Part shown: one piece after another, positions 9,231 to 21,613 of the stretch
Layout: the number at the start of each line of letters is the position of its first letter
Position numbering within the stretch: the stretch's first letter is position 1
Assembly: GCA_000004695.1 (NCBI GenBank)
Contig: CM000150.2
Location: 96,001-160,000 of the forward strand
Origin: Dictyostelium discoideum
Lineage: Eukaryota
Direction of reading: 5' to 3'
DNA length: 64,000 nucleotides
The notes under the pieces: generated by a model
Told to the model about the DNA's origin: nothing
Databases searched by the model: none
The model's input: the letters and a program-made list of their open reading frames with translations, nothing else
Program-made: the position numbers and the translations under genes

Positions 9231-12144
9231 ACTTACCAGTAGGTGGACGTCTGTTCCACCACAAACAAGTTTGGAAAGAATTGGGTCTTCCAAACTTTTG
9301 TCAAGAGGTCGTAAATGGATTAAAAGTCCATCTACTTCCAAACTTCAAGCCGATGCCAAACCCAATTCCGATTTCAATTCCAGAGGGTCCAAAATCAGAT
9401 TGCATCACAAAGGAAGTACAAGACTTGTTATTAGACGATGCCATCGAACAAGTACTTCCAAACCGTTATTCAAAGCGCGTTTTTTACTCCAACGTGTTTA
9501 CGGTTCCAAAACCTGGAACGAATCTACATCGTCCAGTTCTCGATTTAAAAAGGTTAAACACTTACATCAACAACCAATCATTCAAGATGGAAGGAATCAA
9601 GAATCTACCATCAATGGTCAAACAAGGTTATTACATGGTAAAACTCGATATCAAGAAAGCTTACCTCCACGTTTTAGTAGATCCGCAATACAGAGACTTA
9701 TTTCGCTTCGTGTGGAAAGGTTCGCACTACCGTTGGAAAACAATGCCGTTCGGGTTATCGACAGCTCCTCGTATCTTTACAATGTTGTTAAGACCTGTAC
9801 TTCGAATGTTGAGAGATATCAACGTATCCGTCATCGCATACTTGGACGATCTATTAATCGTCGGTTCAACAAAAGAAGAATGTTTATCCAACCTCAAAAA
9901 GACAATGGACTTACTTGTCAAACTAGGTTTCAAGTTAAATCTAGAAAAGAGTGTTCTCGAACCAACTCAATCAATTACATTTCTCGGATTACAAATCGAT
10001 TCGGTATCAATGAAGCTTCTTGTTCCCAAAGAAAAGAAGAAAAGTGTCATCAAGGAAATAAGAAACTTTTTAAAACTAGATTGTTGCTCCCCAAGAAAGC
10101 TTGCTGGTTTAAAAGGAAAGCTAATCGCACTGAAAGATGCAGTCATCCCTTTCAGACTTTACACTCGTCGAACAAACAAGTTTCACTCTCAGTGTCTGAC
10201 TCTAGCCAATGGAGATTGGGATCAATCATTCCCCATTCCTCAAGAGGTCAAGTCAGAGATTTCACATTGGTTAACAGTTCTAAACCAATGGAATGGAAAA
10301 GAAATCAGTCTGTTTCCAAGTTACGACTATGTTCTTACAACCGATGCCTCGGAATCAGGTGCAGGTGCCACACTCAAGAAAGGAAACAAGGTAATCAAAA
10401 CTTGGTCATTCCAGTGGTCAACAACTCAATCAAACATGTCGTCAAATCGTCGAGAAATGCTCGCGCTGCTAATGGCCTATCAAGCGCTATGTCAGAAACT
10501 GAACAACTGCAAGCTGAAGATCCAAACCGACAATACTACCACTCTCTCATACATCAATCGCCAGGGTGGTCAGATACAAGATCTCTCAGTTCTGTTCGAA
10601 CAACTTTGGAAACAATGCCTCAAGAAGAAAGTGAACTTGATTGGAGAGCATATTCCAGGATTCTTCAATGTAAAAGCCGACCACCTCAGTCGTCTTTCAG
10701 AGATGAATCACAAATCATCGACCAGAGTAATCAAGAGTTACATCTGGCAACTGAAGAAGGAAGTGTTCAATCGCATCCAACTTCAATTCGGTCAAATACA
10801 GATGGATCTGTTCGCATCTCACCTCAACCATCAAACGAACAACTACTCAACAATAAGAATGAATGCACTCAACCTCGATTGGAGTCAATGGAAGCAATGT
10901 CTGGCCTTTCCACCACCCATTCTTTTGCCTTCTATCCTGGAGAAGATGAACTCATCCAGTTCGAAGAAGGTTTCTATAATACTGATCTTCCCAATCTGGA
11001 GATCAGCAACTTGGTATCCGATGATTCAAGCACAAGTTCCTCGTCATCATCGTCACATGTTTCCTCAAGTACTGGGAACATTCCAAGAAGTATTGACCAA
11101 ACAATCAGTAGAGTCGATACCAATCCAGATTCAACAACGTTGGAAGCTGGGGATTATTCAACTTTCCAATCTCATGTAATGTCCTTCGCTCGTACAACAA
11201 ATACAAAAACAGCTGAGCTGTTAATGAAGTCATGGGAACCTTCAACTCTCAAAGTATATAGCTCCAGTTATACAAGATTCCGCAATTTCTGTACTTTGAA
11301 CTCTTTGAATCCAGCAAACATTACCTTAGTTGTTTTCATGGATTATCTTACACATCTATTCAAACACAAACCTCCGTTAGCTTTCTCAACTATTAACGGT
11401 CATCGATCTATGTTGAATCAGTTGTTACTCCTTAGGAATCAAACTGATATTGTTAATGATCCATTCATTACAAGAATTATGACTGGTATTCACAAGTTGC
11501 GTCCTTCATCTGCAAAGTATAAAGAGATATGGGATGCAAATCAAGTATTCAAGCACTTATCTACTATCAAAGTCATCCCCAAGTACACATACACTGCGCT
11601 ATTAAACAAGACACTTGTACTCTGTAAAATGTTTGGTTTAGCAAGATCATCAGACTTGGTGAAGTGGTCGTTCAAAGGTCTCATTATTACTCCTGACTCA
11701 ATCAAAGGTCCCGTTATTAATGCTAAAGAACAAAGAAGTGGTATTGTTTCAATCTTAGAATTAACATCGTTAGATGATACTAACTCTCAAGTGTGCCCTG
11801 TTCGCCACCTTGCAACATACCTTAGAGCATCTAAAGGAAGAAGAAAGCCCCATTCGGGTGACTCTGTCTTTATTAAGAATGAAGGTGAACCGCTCCAAGT
11901 TAATGATATTAATTCAATTGTACTATCAACACTCTCAAAGTCAGGTATTGATATTGTCAAGTTCAAATCTCACTCTACCCGTTCCGCTATGGCTTCTCTG
12001 CTGTTGTCCAATAACGTTCCGTTCCACGTTGTCAAAAAGATGGGTCGTTGGAAATCAAACGATACTGTAGATACCTTCTACGATAAAAGAATCATTGGTG
12101 AAAAATCTGGTGGTTTCTTAAATACTGTCGTCCAAATTTCATAA
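9043..12144 (+). CDS. DIRS long overlapping ORF; the C-terminal ~320 aa is a tyrosine recombinase (R..HxxR..Y), the N-terminal ~700 codons overlap the RT ORF in another frame
   Basis: RSSDL, KSHSTRSAMAS and GRWKSNDTVDTFY catalytic-residue context; the long overlap is kept open in every near-full-length copy. Confidence 0.8.
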   Translation: MSRNQLTQVVITLQETVVIVNPVVGVMADLTTSMDHQVMLHQVATIPSLPTVPTTVFRRTRSKLTSRWTSVPPQTSLERIGSSKLLSRGRKWIKSPSTSKLQADAKPNSDFNSRGSKIRLHHKGSTRLVIRRCHRTSTSKPLFKARFLLQRVYGSKTWNESTSSSSRFKKVKHLHQQPIIQDGRNQESTINGQTRLLHGKTRYQESLPPRFSRSAIQRLISLRVERFALPLENNAVRVIDSSSYLYNVVKTCTSNVERYQRIRHRILGRSINRRFNKRRMFIQPQKDNGLTCQTRFQVKSRKECSRTNSINYISRITNRFGINEASCSQRKEEKCHQGNKKLFKTRLLLPKKACWFKRKANRTERCSHPFQTLHSSNKQVSLSVSDSSQWRLGSIIPHSSRGQVRDFTLVNSSKPMEWKRNQSVSKLRLCSYNRCLGIRCRCHTQERKQGNQNLVIPVVNNSIKHVVKSSRNARAANGLSSAMSETEQLQAEDPNRQYYHSLIHQSPGWSDTRSLSSVRTTLETMPQEESELDWRAYSRILQCKSRPPQSSFRDESQIIDQSNQELHLATEEGSVQSHPTSIRSNTDGSVRISPQPSNEQLLNNKNECTQPRLESMEAMSGLSTTHSFAFYPGEDELIQFEEGFYNTDLPNLEISNLVSDDSSTSSSSSSSHVSSSTGNIPRSIDQTISRVDTNPDSTTLEAGDYSTFQSHVMSFARTTNTKTAELLMKSWEPSTLKVYSSSYTRFRNFCTLNSLNPANITLVVFMDYLTHLFKHKPPLAFSTINGHRSMLNQLLLLRNQTDIVNDPFITRIMTGIHKLRPSSAKYKEIWDANQVFKHLSTIKVIPKYTYTALLNKTLVLCKMFGLARSSDLVKWSFKGLIITPDSIKGPVINAKEQRSGIVSILELTSLDDTNSQVCPVRHLATYLRASKGRRKPHSGDSVFIKNEGEPLQVNDINSIVLSTLSKSGIDIVKFKSHSTRSAMASLLLSNNVPFHVVKKMGRWKSNDTVDTFYDKRIIGEKSGGFLNTVVQIS
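9281..11179 (+). CDS. DIRS reverse transcriptase / RNase H ORF (632 aa)
   Basis: YLDDLLIVG (YxDD), RNase H TDASESGAGA, NVKADHLSR motif. Confidence 0.85.
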   Translation: MGLPNFCQEVVNGLKVHLLPNFKPMPNPIPISIPEGPKSDCITKEVQDLLLDDAIEQVLPNRYSKRVFYSNVFTVPKPGTNLHRPVLDLKRLNTYINNQSFKMEGIKNLPSMVKQGYYMVKLDIKKAYLHVLVDPQYRDLFRFVWKGSHYRWKTMPFGLSTAPRIFTMLLRPVLRMLRDINVSVIAYLDDLLIVGSTKEECLSNLKKTMDLLVKLGFKLNLEKSVLEPTQSITFLGLQIDSVSMKLLVPKEKKKSVIKEIRNFLKLDCCSPRKLAGLKGKLIALKDAVIPFRLYTRRTNKFHSQCLTLANGDWDQSFPIPQEVKSEISHWLTVLNQWNGKEISLFPSYDYVLTTDASESGAGATLKKGNKVIKTWSFQWSTTQSNMSSNRREMLALLMAYQALCQKLNNCKLKIQTDNTTTLSYINRQGGQIQDLSVLFEQLWKQCLKKKVNLIGEHIPGFFNVKADHLSRLSEMNHKSSTRVIKSYIWQLKKEVFNRIQLQFGQIQMDLFASHLNHQTNNYSTIRMNALNLDWSQWKQCLAFPPPILLPSILEKMNSSSSKKVSIILIFPIWRSATWYPMIQAQVPRHHRHMFPQVLGTFQEVLTKQSVESIPIQIQQRWKLGIIQLSNLM

Positions 12145-12600
12145 TATATATATATATATGATAATATAAATTAAAAATTTAATTTATTAAATTATATTTT
12201 ATATTAAATATATATATATATATTAGTCCCATCCCACCCGCCCTTAGTCGGAATTCCATAAATCAAATTGTTTTAGTTTTTAGTGCCACTATTTATACGT
12301 TTTTATTTTCTTAAAAATTTAGCAAAACTCAAAAAAATAAGAGTTTTCGACCCTTCACAACTTTGTGCATAGTGTCGGTTCGGAATTTTTCAGTTTTTCG
12401 ACCTTGCGCAATGATCGCGTCATTGTGCCGGTTCGAAATTTTTACTTTTCTTTCGAAAATTTTTTATTCTTCGAATGTTCTAGAACATTCTAAAAAATTA
12501 TCTTAAATATTTGGGAAATTCAAATAAATAAATGTTATTCATAATATATATATATATATTTAATATAAAATATAATTTAATAAATTAAATTTTTAATTTA

Positions 12601-13263
12601 TTTGAACGACAGTATCAATGAAAATACCACCAGATTTTTCACCAATGATTCTTTTATCGTAGAAAGTATCTACAGTATCGTTTGATTTCCAGCGACCCAT
12701 CTTCTTGACAACATGGAACAGAACGTTATTGAACAACAGCAGAGAAGCCATAGCGGAACGGGTAGAGTGAGATTTGAACTTTCCAGTGTCAATACCTGAG
12801 CTTGAGAGTGTTGATAATACAATTGAACTAATATCATTAACTTGGAGCGGTTCACCCTCATTCTTAATAAAGACAGAGTCACCCGAATGGGGCTTTCTTC
12901 TTCCTTTAGAGGCTCTAAGGTATGTTGCAAGGTGGCGAACAGGACATACTTGAGAGTTAGTATCATCTAACGATGTTAATTATAAGATTGAAACAACACC
13001 ACTTCTTTGTTCTTTAGCATTGATAACTAGACCTTTGATTGAGTCAGTACTAATAATGAGACCTTTGAATGACCACTTCACCAAGTCTGATGATCTTGAT
13101 AAACCAAACATTTTACAGAGTACAAGTGTCTTGTTTAATAGCGCAGTGTATATGTACTTGGGGATAACTTTGATAGTAGACAAGTGCTTGGATACTTGAT
13201 TTGCACCCCATATCTCTTTATACTTTGCAGATGAAGGGAGCAACTTGTGAATACCAGTCATAA
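12601..13263 (-). mobile_element. DIRS copy c: 3' fragment of the recombinase ORF (frame-broken), tail-to-tail with copy b and sharing its ITR
   Basis: ORFs 12980-13261 and 12670-12966 match recombinase region. Confidence 0.8.
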
Positions 13264-14344
13264 TTATATATCGTGGTATTTGTAAATTATAAGGTAATTG
13301 GTATCATCAATTTGAATTGGTATAACTATATTTAGAATACTATCATACGTAATATAATTTATTTGAAAGAAAATGGTATTGGTCACCAACATATTTGTCA
13401 AAATAATTTAATAATATTGAATGTTTTACTAGTTATCATCCATTTCAATCATTGATATTGAATTGATAATACCTGACCATCTACCTGAAAGTTCATTATA
13501 TGATGCAACTTCAACTGCATCACCAACATTGTATATTTCTTTATTATTTTTAATTGATGAGTGAAAAGTTAAATTTTTATAATTTTGAAATAATGAATCT
13601 AATTTAATTTTTATGTTATCTAAATTATCTGGATTTTTTATTTTATAATTAATGCTGTACTTTCAGGTTCAATACTTTTTAATTTAAAAAATTTCACCAT
13701 GTTTAATTTGGTAACCCTTTCATATTGTTCATCCCTATTATTTGTATTATTATTTAAATAATTTTTAATTCTTGATAATTGTGCTTCAAAAGTTTCAGCT
13801 TAAGTGTATTTTGGTGCACCCCAATTTTTTATATAGATTGGATAATATAACAACAAGTGGAAATTCGTTATTTCTGTTTCAGTAATTAAATTTACTTTTG
13901 CATTAAACGATTCAATTAATACTTGAAGTGAAATTAAATCATTTTCATCAAAGGAGTCACTATATAATTTAAAACATATAGTTACTAATTGTTCCATTAT
14001 TAAAAATCATCATTTGATATTTGATTTTTAATTGATATTAAAAGGTAATATAATATTGATCTATTCTCTCTTCCTTTCCTTGTTTTATTTGCAAATAGTG
14101 AAATTGATGGTTTTGGTTTATTATCTATTATTTTTGCATTTTTTAAATTATTTAAAAAATTTTCAATTTTTTTATTTTTATCAAAAATGTAATTTAAACA
14201 CCTTTGTGCGACACCTAATAAAATATGTCTGGTTGTGTTTTTAAATAATTAATGGACAAGGGTTCGACACCCTCTGTCCACACCTTTGATACCAATATCT
14301 TTTGCTTTTTTTTCCCATACTTTTTTTAATTCTATATCAGCATT
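13264..14344 (-). pseudogene. 3' part of a Cys-rich gene-family copy (continues from 17147-17460 across the DIRS-d insertion); frame broken
   Basis: Reverse complement matches 63860-64000 and downstream; GVDRGW(V/C)... region. Confidence 0.55.
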
Positions 14345-17146
14345 TATATTATCATATATATATATATATTATGAATAACATTTATTTATTTGAATTTCCC
14401 AAATATTTAAGATAATTTTTTAGAATGTTCTAGAAGAATAAAAAATTTTCGAAAGAAAAGTAAAAATTTCGAACCGGCACAATGACGCGATAATTGTTTA
14501 AGGTCGAAAAACTGAAAAATTCCGAACCGACACTATGCACAAAGTTGTGAAGGGTCGAAAACACTTATTTTTTTGAGTTTTGCGAAATTTTTAAGAAATA
14601 AAAACGTATAAATAGTGGCACTAAAAACTAAAAACAATTTGATTTATTTTATTTGGGAATTCCTCCTATATATATTTAAGATACACACACACACAAATTT
14701 TATACAAATAATTATTTCTCTTTATTAATTTTTAATATTATTATTTTTCTCATATTATATTTTTAGATATCAACAATAAAATATGTCTACCACTGTTAAT
14801 AATAATGAAGCCTCTAGTAGCAATACCTCTGCCTCTAATAGCGCTGAATCCTTTGATTTAAGAATGAAATCAATGGAGGTTCAAATCAACAACCTTTCCT
14901 TAGCCTTTACAAGATTCATGAAAGAACCTATGTTCTCTTCTAATACCAACTCACGTAGCCCACCTTCTCATGATCACTCTGACACCGAGAATGAACAAAG
15001 TGAAGATGAATCAAGTAACAATGTCGATGTTCCAACCGATTATCAATTATCCGATACCTTACTTGGTCAGGAATGTATCCTCAAGAAAGATGAGATATCC
15101 GAATTGAATAAAGTATTCAACTTTCCATCTAACTTCCAAGTGAACGTCGCTCCATTCGGTACACCTGAAGGTATTACTGTATCATCCAACGTCAAGAACA
15201 ATGATACTGACTTGTTGATTGTCGAAAAGCGAATCAACGATAGCTTAAAACCTTTGCTTCTCATGTCAAGTATGTTATCATCTGATAGCTCTAATGTCGA
15301 TGTAGAACTTATTAGTTACTTAACTCAGAGTGCAATCGTCTTAGCCTTTAATGCTCAAGCATCGCTTAGTCGTGTCCGTCGTAACAACATCGCTAAAGAA
15401 ATCTATGGTTCTGAAGTACTCTTACCAATTAAGATCAAGGATACACCAAAGATGTTTGATGAAACTGAAACTGAACGTGTAAGAAAACTAGCCAAGTCAA
15501 TCAGAAAGAACAACGAAGCTAAACAATCATTGTTAAAATTGAATTATCATTCCAAGTCAAATGTCAAGAAATCAGTTAACTCAAGTGGTAATAACACTAC
15601 AGGAAACAGTAGTAATAGTAAATCCAGTAGTGGGAGTAATGGCCGATCTAACAACTTCAATGGATCACCAAGTAATGTTGCATCAGGTAGCAACAATACC
15701 AAGTCTGTTTCCAAGTTACGACTATGTTCTTACAACCGATGCCTCGGAATCAGGTGCAGGTGCCACACTCAAGAAAGGAAACAAGGTAATCAAAACTTGG
15801 TCATTCCAATGGTCAACAACTCAATCAAATATGTAGTCAAATCGTCGAGAAATGCTCGCGCTGCTGATGGCCTATCAAGCGCTATGTCGGAAACTGAACA
15901 ACTGCAAGCTGAAGATTCAAACCGACAACACTACCACTCTCTCTTACATCAATCGCCAGGGTGGTCAAATACAAGATCTCTCAGTTCTGTTCGAACAACT
16001 TTGGAAACAATGCCTCAAGAAGAAAGTGAACTTGATTGGAGAGCATATTCCAGGATTCTTCAATGTAAAAGCCGACCACCTCAGCCGTCTTTCAGAGATG
16101 AATCACAAATCATCGTCCAGAGTAATCAAGAGTTACAACTGGCAACTGAAGAAGGAAGTGTTCAATCGCATCCAACTTCAATTCGGTCAAATACAGATGG
16201 ATCTGTTCGCATCTCACCTCAACCATCAAACGAACAACTACTCAACAATCAGAATGAATGCACTCCACCTCGATTGGAGTCAATGGAAGCAATGTCTAGC
16301 CTTCCCACCACCCATTCTTTTGCCTTCTATCCTGGAGAAGATGAACTCATCCAGTTCGAAGAAGGTTTCTATAATACTGATCTTCCCAATCTGGAGATCA
16401 GCAACTTGGTATCCGATGATTCAAGCACAAGTTCCTCGTCATCATCTTCACATGTTTCCTCAAGTACTGGGAACATTCCAAGAAGTATTGACCAAACAAT
16501 CAGTAGAGTCGATACCAATCCAGATTCAACAACGTTGGAAGCTGGGGATTATTCAACTTTCCAATCTCATGTAATGTCCTTCGCTCGTACAACAAATACA
16601 AAAACAGCTGAGCTGTTAATGAAGTCATGGGAACCTTCAACTCTCAAAGTATATAGCTCCAGTTATACAAGATTCCACAATTTCTGTACTTTGAACTCTT
16701 TGAATCCAGCCAACATTACCTTAGTTGTTTTCATGGATTATCTTACACATCTGTTCAAACACAAACCTCCGTTAGCCTTCTCAACAATTAACGGTCCCAA
16801 ATAAAATAAATCAAATTGTTTTTAGTTTTTAGTGCCACTATTTATACGTTTTTATTTTCTTAAAAATTTCGCAAAACTCAAAAAAATAAGAGTTTTCGAC
16901 CCTTCACAACTTTGTGCATAGTGTCGGTTCGGAATTTTTCAGTTTTTCGACCTTAAACAATTATCGCGTCATTGTGCCGGTTCGAAATTTTTACTTTTCT
17001 TTCGAAAATTTTTTATTCTTCGAATGTTCTAGAACATTCTAAAAAATTATCTTAAATATTTGGGAAATTCAAATAAATAAATGTTATTCATAATATATAT
17101 ATATATATTTAATATAAAATATAATTTAATAAATTAAATTTTTAAT
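14345..17146 (+). mobile_element. DIRS copy d, inserted without target duplication into the host gene-family copy; two internal deletions; right end is an inverted L-ITR
   Basis: Host sequence is exactly contiguous across the insertion (ctatatcagcattt | aattcagcataa). Confidence 0.8.
14783..16804 (+). pseudogene. 673-aa fusion ORF from deletion: ORF1 - RT overlap frame - N-terminal recombinase
   Basis: Comparison with copy b shows about a 1.1-kb deletion and loss of the recombinase catalytic half. Confidence 0.75.
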
Positions 17147-17460
17147 TTAATTCAGCATAATTTGGTTTGATGGAGTGAAAATTTGTAATGTCTTCTTGTT
17201 TTCTTAATGTACCTGATTTGCAAATATATAAACCATCTATTGGATTGTCACATGTGTGACATGCATATTCATTTGAATTATGTCCATTAAGTTTACACGA
17301 TGCTCTAAATTCTGGAATATCCATTGTTAGTCCAAACGGTACAACATCTATTTGTTCATTTTCAATAATTAAATTAAACCCATTACCAATAAAAGATGAA
17401 AACAATGCCTAATGGTTTAATGAAAATTAAGTAACCAATCATATGGTACTACAAATAATA
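17147..17460 (-). pseudogene. Middle part of the same Cys-rich gene-family copy (…ENEQIDVVPFGLTMDIPEFRASCKLNGHNSNEYACHTCD…AELN), cut at 17460 by the second TIR family
   Basis: ORF 17142-17405 is homologous to 57529-57700 and 63600-63860. Confidence 0.6.
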
Positions 17461-18188
17461 CACAGGGGCGAAAAAAAATACTTAAAAGCATCTTTAAAGT
17501 AGGAACGTAAATAGTACTATTATAAAGTATACTTAATAAGTATATTTATTAAGTATACTTATTAAGTGTACTTATTAAGTATATTTATTAAGTATATTTA
17601 TTAAGTATACTTATTAAGTATATTTATTAAGTATATTTATTAAATATATTTATTAAATATATTTATTAAGTATATTTATTAAGTATATTTAATAAGTATA
17701 TTTATTAAGTATATTTATTAAGTATATTTATTAAGCATAATTATTAAGTATAATTATAAAATATAATTATTAATTAAAATTATTAAGTATAATTAATAAG
17801 GGTAATTATAAAGTTCACTTAATAAGAATACTTAAAAAGTTAAAAATAACATTTTATAATAATAATTTAAAATAAATTTAAAAAAAAAAAAAAAAAAAAC
17901 TAAAAAAAAAAAAAAGAATTAATTAAAAAGTAAAGTATTTGAAATCAGAAATTTTTTTTATTTAATTGTGAAAATTCTAAGGGTATTAATATGTTGACTT
18001 TAACAAGGGTCATACAACATTTATAATTGACTAATTTGAAAAGCAGAACTTTATTTCCATTATTATTTGTACCAAAAGCATTTACTTTACAGGTTCAAAT
18101 AAAAGAAGGGACAACCTAAAATATAATTGTTTTTTAAATTATATTAATCTCTTTATTTTATATTATTATTTTTTTTTTTCTTTGAACC
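17461..18188 (+). mobile_element. Second TIR family, left arm: terminus CACAGGGGCGAAAAAAAATACTTAAAAGCATCTTTAAAGTAGGAACG, satellite, ~300-bp unique part
   Basis: Reverse complement of 47170-47768. Confidence 0.7.
17528..17810. repeat. 13-bp tandem satellite (TTAAGTATAYTTA)n inside the second TIR family arm
   Basis: More than 20 tandem units read directly; mirrored at 47400-47700. Confidence 0.8.
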
Positions 18189-20895
18189 AGAGGGTCCGAA
18201 ATCAGATTGCATCACAAAGGAAGTACAAGACTTGTTATTAGACGATGCCATCGAACAAGTACTTCCAAACCGTTATTCAAAGCGCGTTTTTTACTCCAAC
18301 GTGTTTACGGTTCCAAAACCTGGAACGAATCTACATCGTCCAGTTCTCGATCTAAAAAGGTTAAACACTTACATCAACAACCAATCATTCAAGATGGAAG
18401 GAATCAAGAATCTACCGTCAATGGTCAAACAAGGTTATTACATGGTAAAACTCGATATCAAGAAAGCTTACCTCTACGTGTTAGTAGATCCACAATACAG
18501 AGACTTATTCCGCTTCGTGTGGAAAGGTTCGCACTACCGTTGGAAAACAATGCCGTTCGGGTTATCGACAGCTCCTCGTATCTTTACAATGCTGTTAAGA
18601 CCTGTGCTTCGAATGTTGAGAGATATAAACGTATCCGTCATCGCTTACTTGGACGATCTATTAATCGTCGGTTCAACAAAAGAAGAATGTTTATCCAACC
18701 TCAAAAAGACAATGGACTTACTTGTCAAACTAGGTTTCAAGTTAAATCTAGAAAAGAGTGTTCTCGAACTAACTCAATCAATTACGTTTCTCGGATTACA
18801 AATCGGTTCAATATCAATGAAGCTTCTTGTTCCCAAAGAAAAGAAGAAAAGTGTCATCAAAGAAATAAGAAACTTTTTAAAACTAGATTGTTGCTCCCCA
18901 AGAAAGCTTGCTGGTTTAAAAGGAAAGCTAGTCGCACTGAAAGATGCATTCAGACTTTCCACTCGTCGAACAAACAAGTTTCACTCTCAGTGTCTGACTC
19001 TAGCCAATGGAGATTGGGATCAATCGTTCCCCATTCCTCAAGATGTCAAGTCAGAGATTTCACATTGGTTAACAGTTCTAAACCAATGGAATGGAAAAGA
19101 AATCAGTCTGTTTCCAAGTTACGACTATGTTCTTACAACCGATGCCTCGGAATCAGGTGCAGGTGCCACACTCAAGAAAGGAAACAAGGTAATCAAAACT
19201 TGGTCATTCCAGTGGTCAACAACTCAATCAAACATGTCGTCAAATCGTCGAGAAATGCTCGCGCTGCTAATGGCCTATCAAGCGCTATGTCAGAAACTGA
19301 ACAACTGCAAGCTGAAGATTCAAACCGACAATACTACCACTCTCTCTTACATCAATCGCCAGGGTGGTCAGATACAAGATCTCTCAGTTCTGTTCGAACA
19401 ACTTTGGAAACAATGCCTCAAGAAGAAAGTGAACTTGATTGGAGAGCATATTCCAGGATTCTTCAATGTAAAAGCACCTCAGCCGTCTTTCAGAGAAGAA
19501 TCACAAATCATCGTCCAGAGTAATCAAGAGTTACAACTGGCAACTGAAGAAGGAAGTGTTCAATCGCATCCAACTTCAATTCGGTCAAATACAGATATAT
19601 CTGTTCGCATCTCACCTCAACCATCAAACGAACAACTACTCAACAATCAGAATGAATGCACTCCACCTCGATTGGAGTCAATGGAAGCAATGTCTGGCCT
19701 TCCCACCACCCATTCTTTTGCCTTCTATCCTGGAGAAGATGAACTCATCCAGTTCGAAGAAGGTTTCTTTAATACTGATCTTCCCAATCTGGAGATCAGC
19801 AACTTGGTATCCGATGATTCAAGCACAAGTTCCTCGTCATCATCGTCACATGTTTCCTCAAGTACTGGGAACATTCCAAGAAGTATTGACCAAACAATCA
19901 GTAGAGTCGATACCAATCCAGATTCAACAACGTTGGAAACTGGGGATTATTCAACTTTCCAATATCATGTAATGTCCTTCGCTGGTACAACAAATACAAA
20001 AACAGCTGAGCTGTTAATGAAGTCTTGGGAACCTTCTACTCTCAAAGTATATAGCTCCAGTTATACAAGATTCCGCAATTTCTGTACTTTGAACTCTTTG
20101 AATCCAGCAAACATTACCTTAGTTGTTTTCATGGATTATCTTACACATCTGTTCAAACACAAACCTCCGTTAGCCTTCTCAACAATTAATGGTCATCGCT
20201 CTATGTTGAATCAGTTGTTACTCCTTAGGAATCAAACTGATATTGTTAATGATCCATTCATCACAAGAATTATGACTGGTATTCACAAGTTGCGTCCTTC
20301 ATCTGCAAAGTATAAAGAGATATGGGATGCAAATCAAGTATTCAAGCACTTGTCTACTATCAAAGTCATCCCTAAGTACACATACACTGCGCTATTAAAC
20401 AAGACACTTGTACTCTGTAAAACGTTTGGTTTAGCAAGATCATCAGACTTGGTGAAGTGGTCGTTCAAAGGTCTCATTATTACTACTGACTCAATCAAAG
20501 GTCCAGTTATCAATGCTAAAGAACAAAGAAATGGTGTTGTTTCAATCTTAGAATTAACTTCGTTAGATGATACTAACTCTCAAGTATGCCCTGTTCGCCA
20601 CCTTGCAACATAACTTAGAGCCTCTAAAGGAAGAAGAAAGCCCCATTCGGGTGACTCTGTCTTTATTAAGAATGAGGGCGAACAGCTCCAAGTTAATGAT
20701 ATTAATTCAATTGTATTATCCTCACTCTCAAAGTCAGGTATTGATATTGCCAAGTTCAAATCTCACTCTACCCGTTCCTCTATGGCTTCTCTGCTGTTGT
20801 CCAATAACGTTCCGTTCCACGTTGTCAAGAAGATGGGTCGTTGGAAATCAAACGATACTGTGCCGGTTCGAAATTTTTTATTCTTCGAATGTTCT
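18189..20895 (+). mobile_element. DIRS copy e, 5'-truncated (starts inside the RT ORF), frame-switched, nonsense codon at 20611, ITR partly deleted and then split by the Skipper insertion; remainder at 27618-27713
   Basis: ORF 18232-20613 fuses the RT and recombinase frames; TAA replaces TAC at RHLAT*. Confidence 0.8.
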
Positions 20896-21330
20896 TGTGT
20901 AAAAGTCACTCACACTAATCTTCAATCCATTGTCACATTTGTTCAATCTTTAATCAAACAGTCCAATTTTTAAAGTAATGTTTTTTTAAAATGAAGGATA
21001 GAAAGAGTGAAAGACTAATATCATAAAAGTAAACATACATAAAAGAGATAATTAAAAGTAAGGGCGTTATGAAAAACTAAACCGAAAATCAGAATTTTTA
21101 TTATTATTTAAATTTTAATTTAATTTTATTTAATTTAATTTAATTTTTTATTTTTCAACTGAAAAAATAAAAAATTAAAAAATAAAAATTAAAATTAAAT
21201 GAAATATTTTTACATGGAGATGCGCGAATTTGTTACGTTGTTGAGCTCATACTAACTTTAAATTAATTTAGTTTTGAGTCTCCAACACCTTCCCCTTCCT
21301 TCTTTAGGCTAGCTTTGGCTTAGAGGTGGA

Positions 21331-21612
21331 CTATAATCTCTTCGGTGTAACTTTTCTTCCTGATCTTGTTGTTTTAATTTGTAAACTAAGATCAAGTTCA
21401 TCATCATCACTTGAAGTATTTTGATTTCTTGATTTTCTTTTCTTTGATTGGTTCATTTGATTTGAGTTGGAGTTTTGTTGTCTTGGAGGAGTTGGTTGCA
21501 ATGTTTGGGACCTTTGAACTTCTTGGGAGAGTGGAGGTGACACAATTGGCTCAACGGCTTCTGTAGTTACATTCTCTCTTTCTCTTCTAGAGTTCAATTG
21601 TTTCTTCTGCAC
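21331..21612 (-). CDS. C-terminal tail ORF of pol (basic/Ser-rich), frame-shifted relative to integrase
   Basis: ORF track entry; position as in Ty3/gypsy C-terminal extensions. Confidence 0.35.
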   Translation of the reverse strand: MQKKQLNSRRERENVTTEAVEPIVSPPLSQEVQRSQTLQPTPPRQQNSNSNQMNQSKKRKSRNQNTSSDDDELDLSLQIKTTRSGRKVTPKRL

Positions 21613-21613
21613 G

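Larger units (their letters stand above)
7707..12600 (+). mobile_element. DIRS-type retrotransposon copy b, apparently intact (L-ITR 7707-8222, R-ITR 12145-12600)
   Basis: ITRs are reverse complements; three full-length ORFs. Confidence 0.9.

Noticed and set aside
11774-12070. The 98-aa alternative-frame ORF within the DIRS recombinase region as a real gene
   Set aside because: Its conservation is explained by the high identity of the DIRS copies. No motif support; mentioned only as a low-interest observation.
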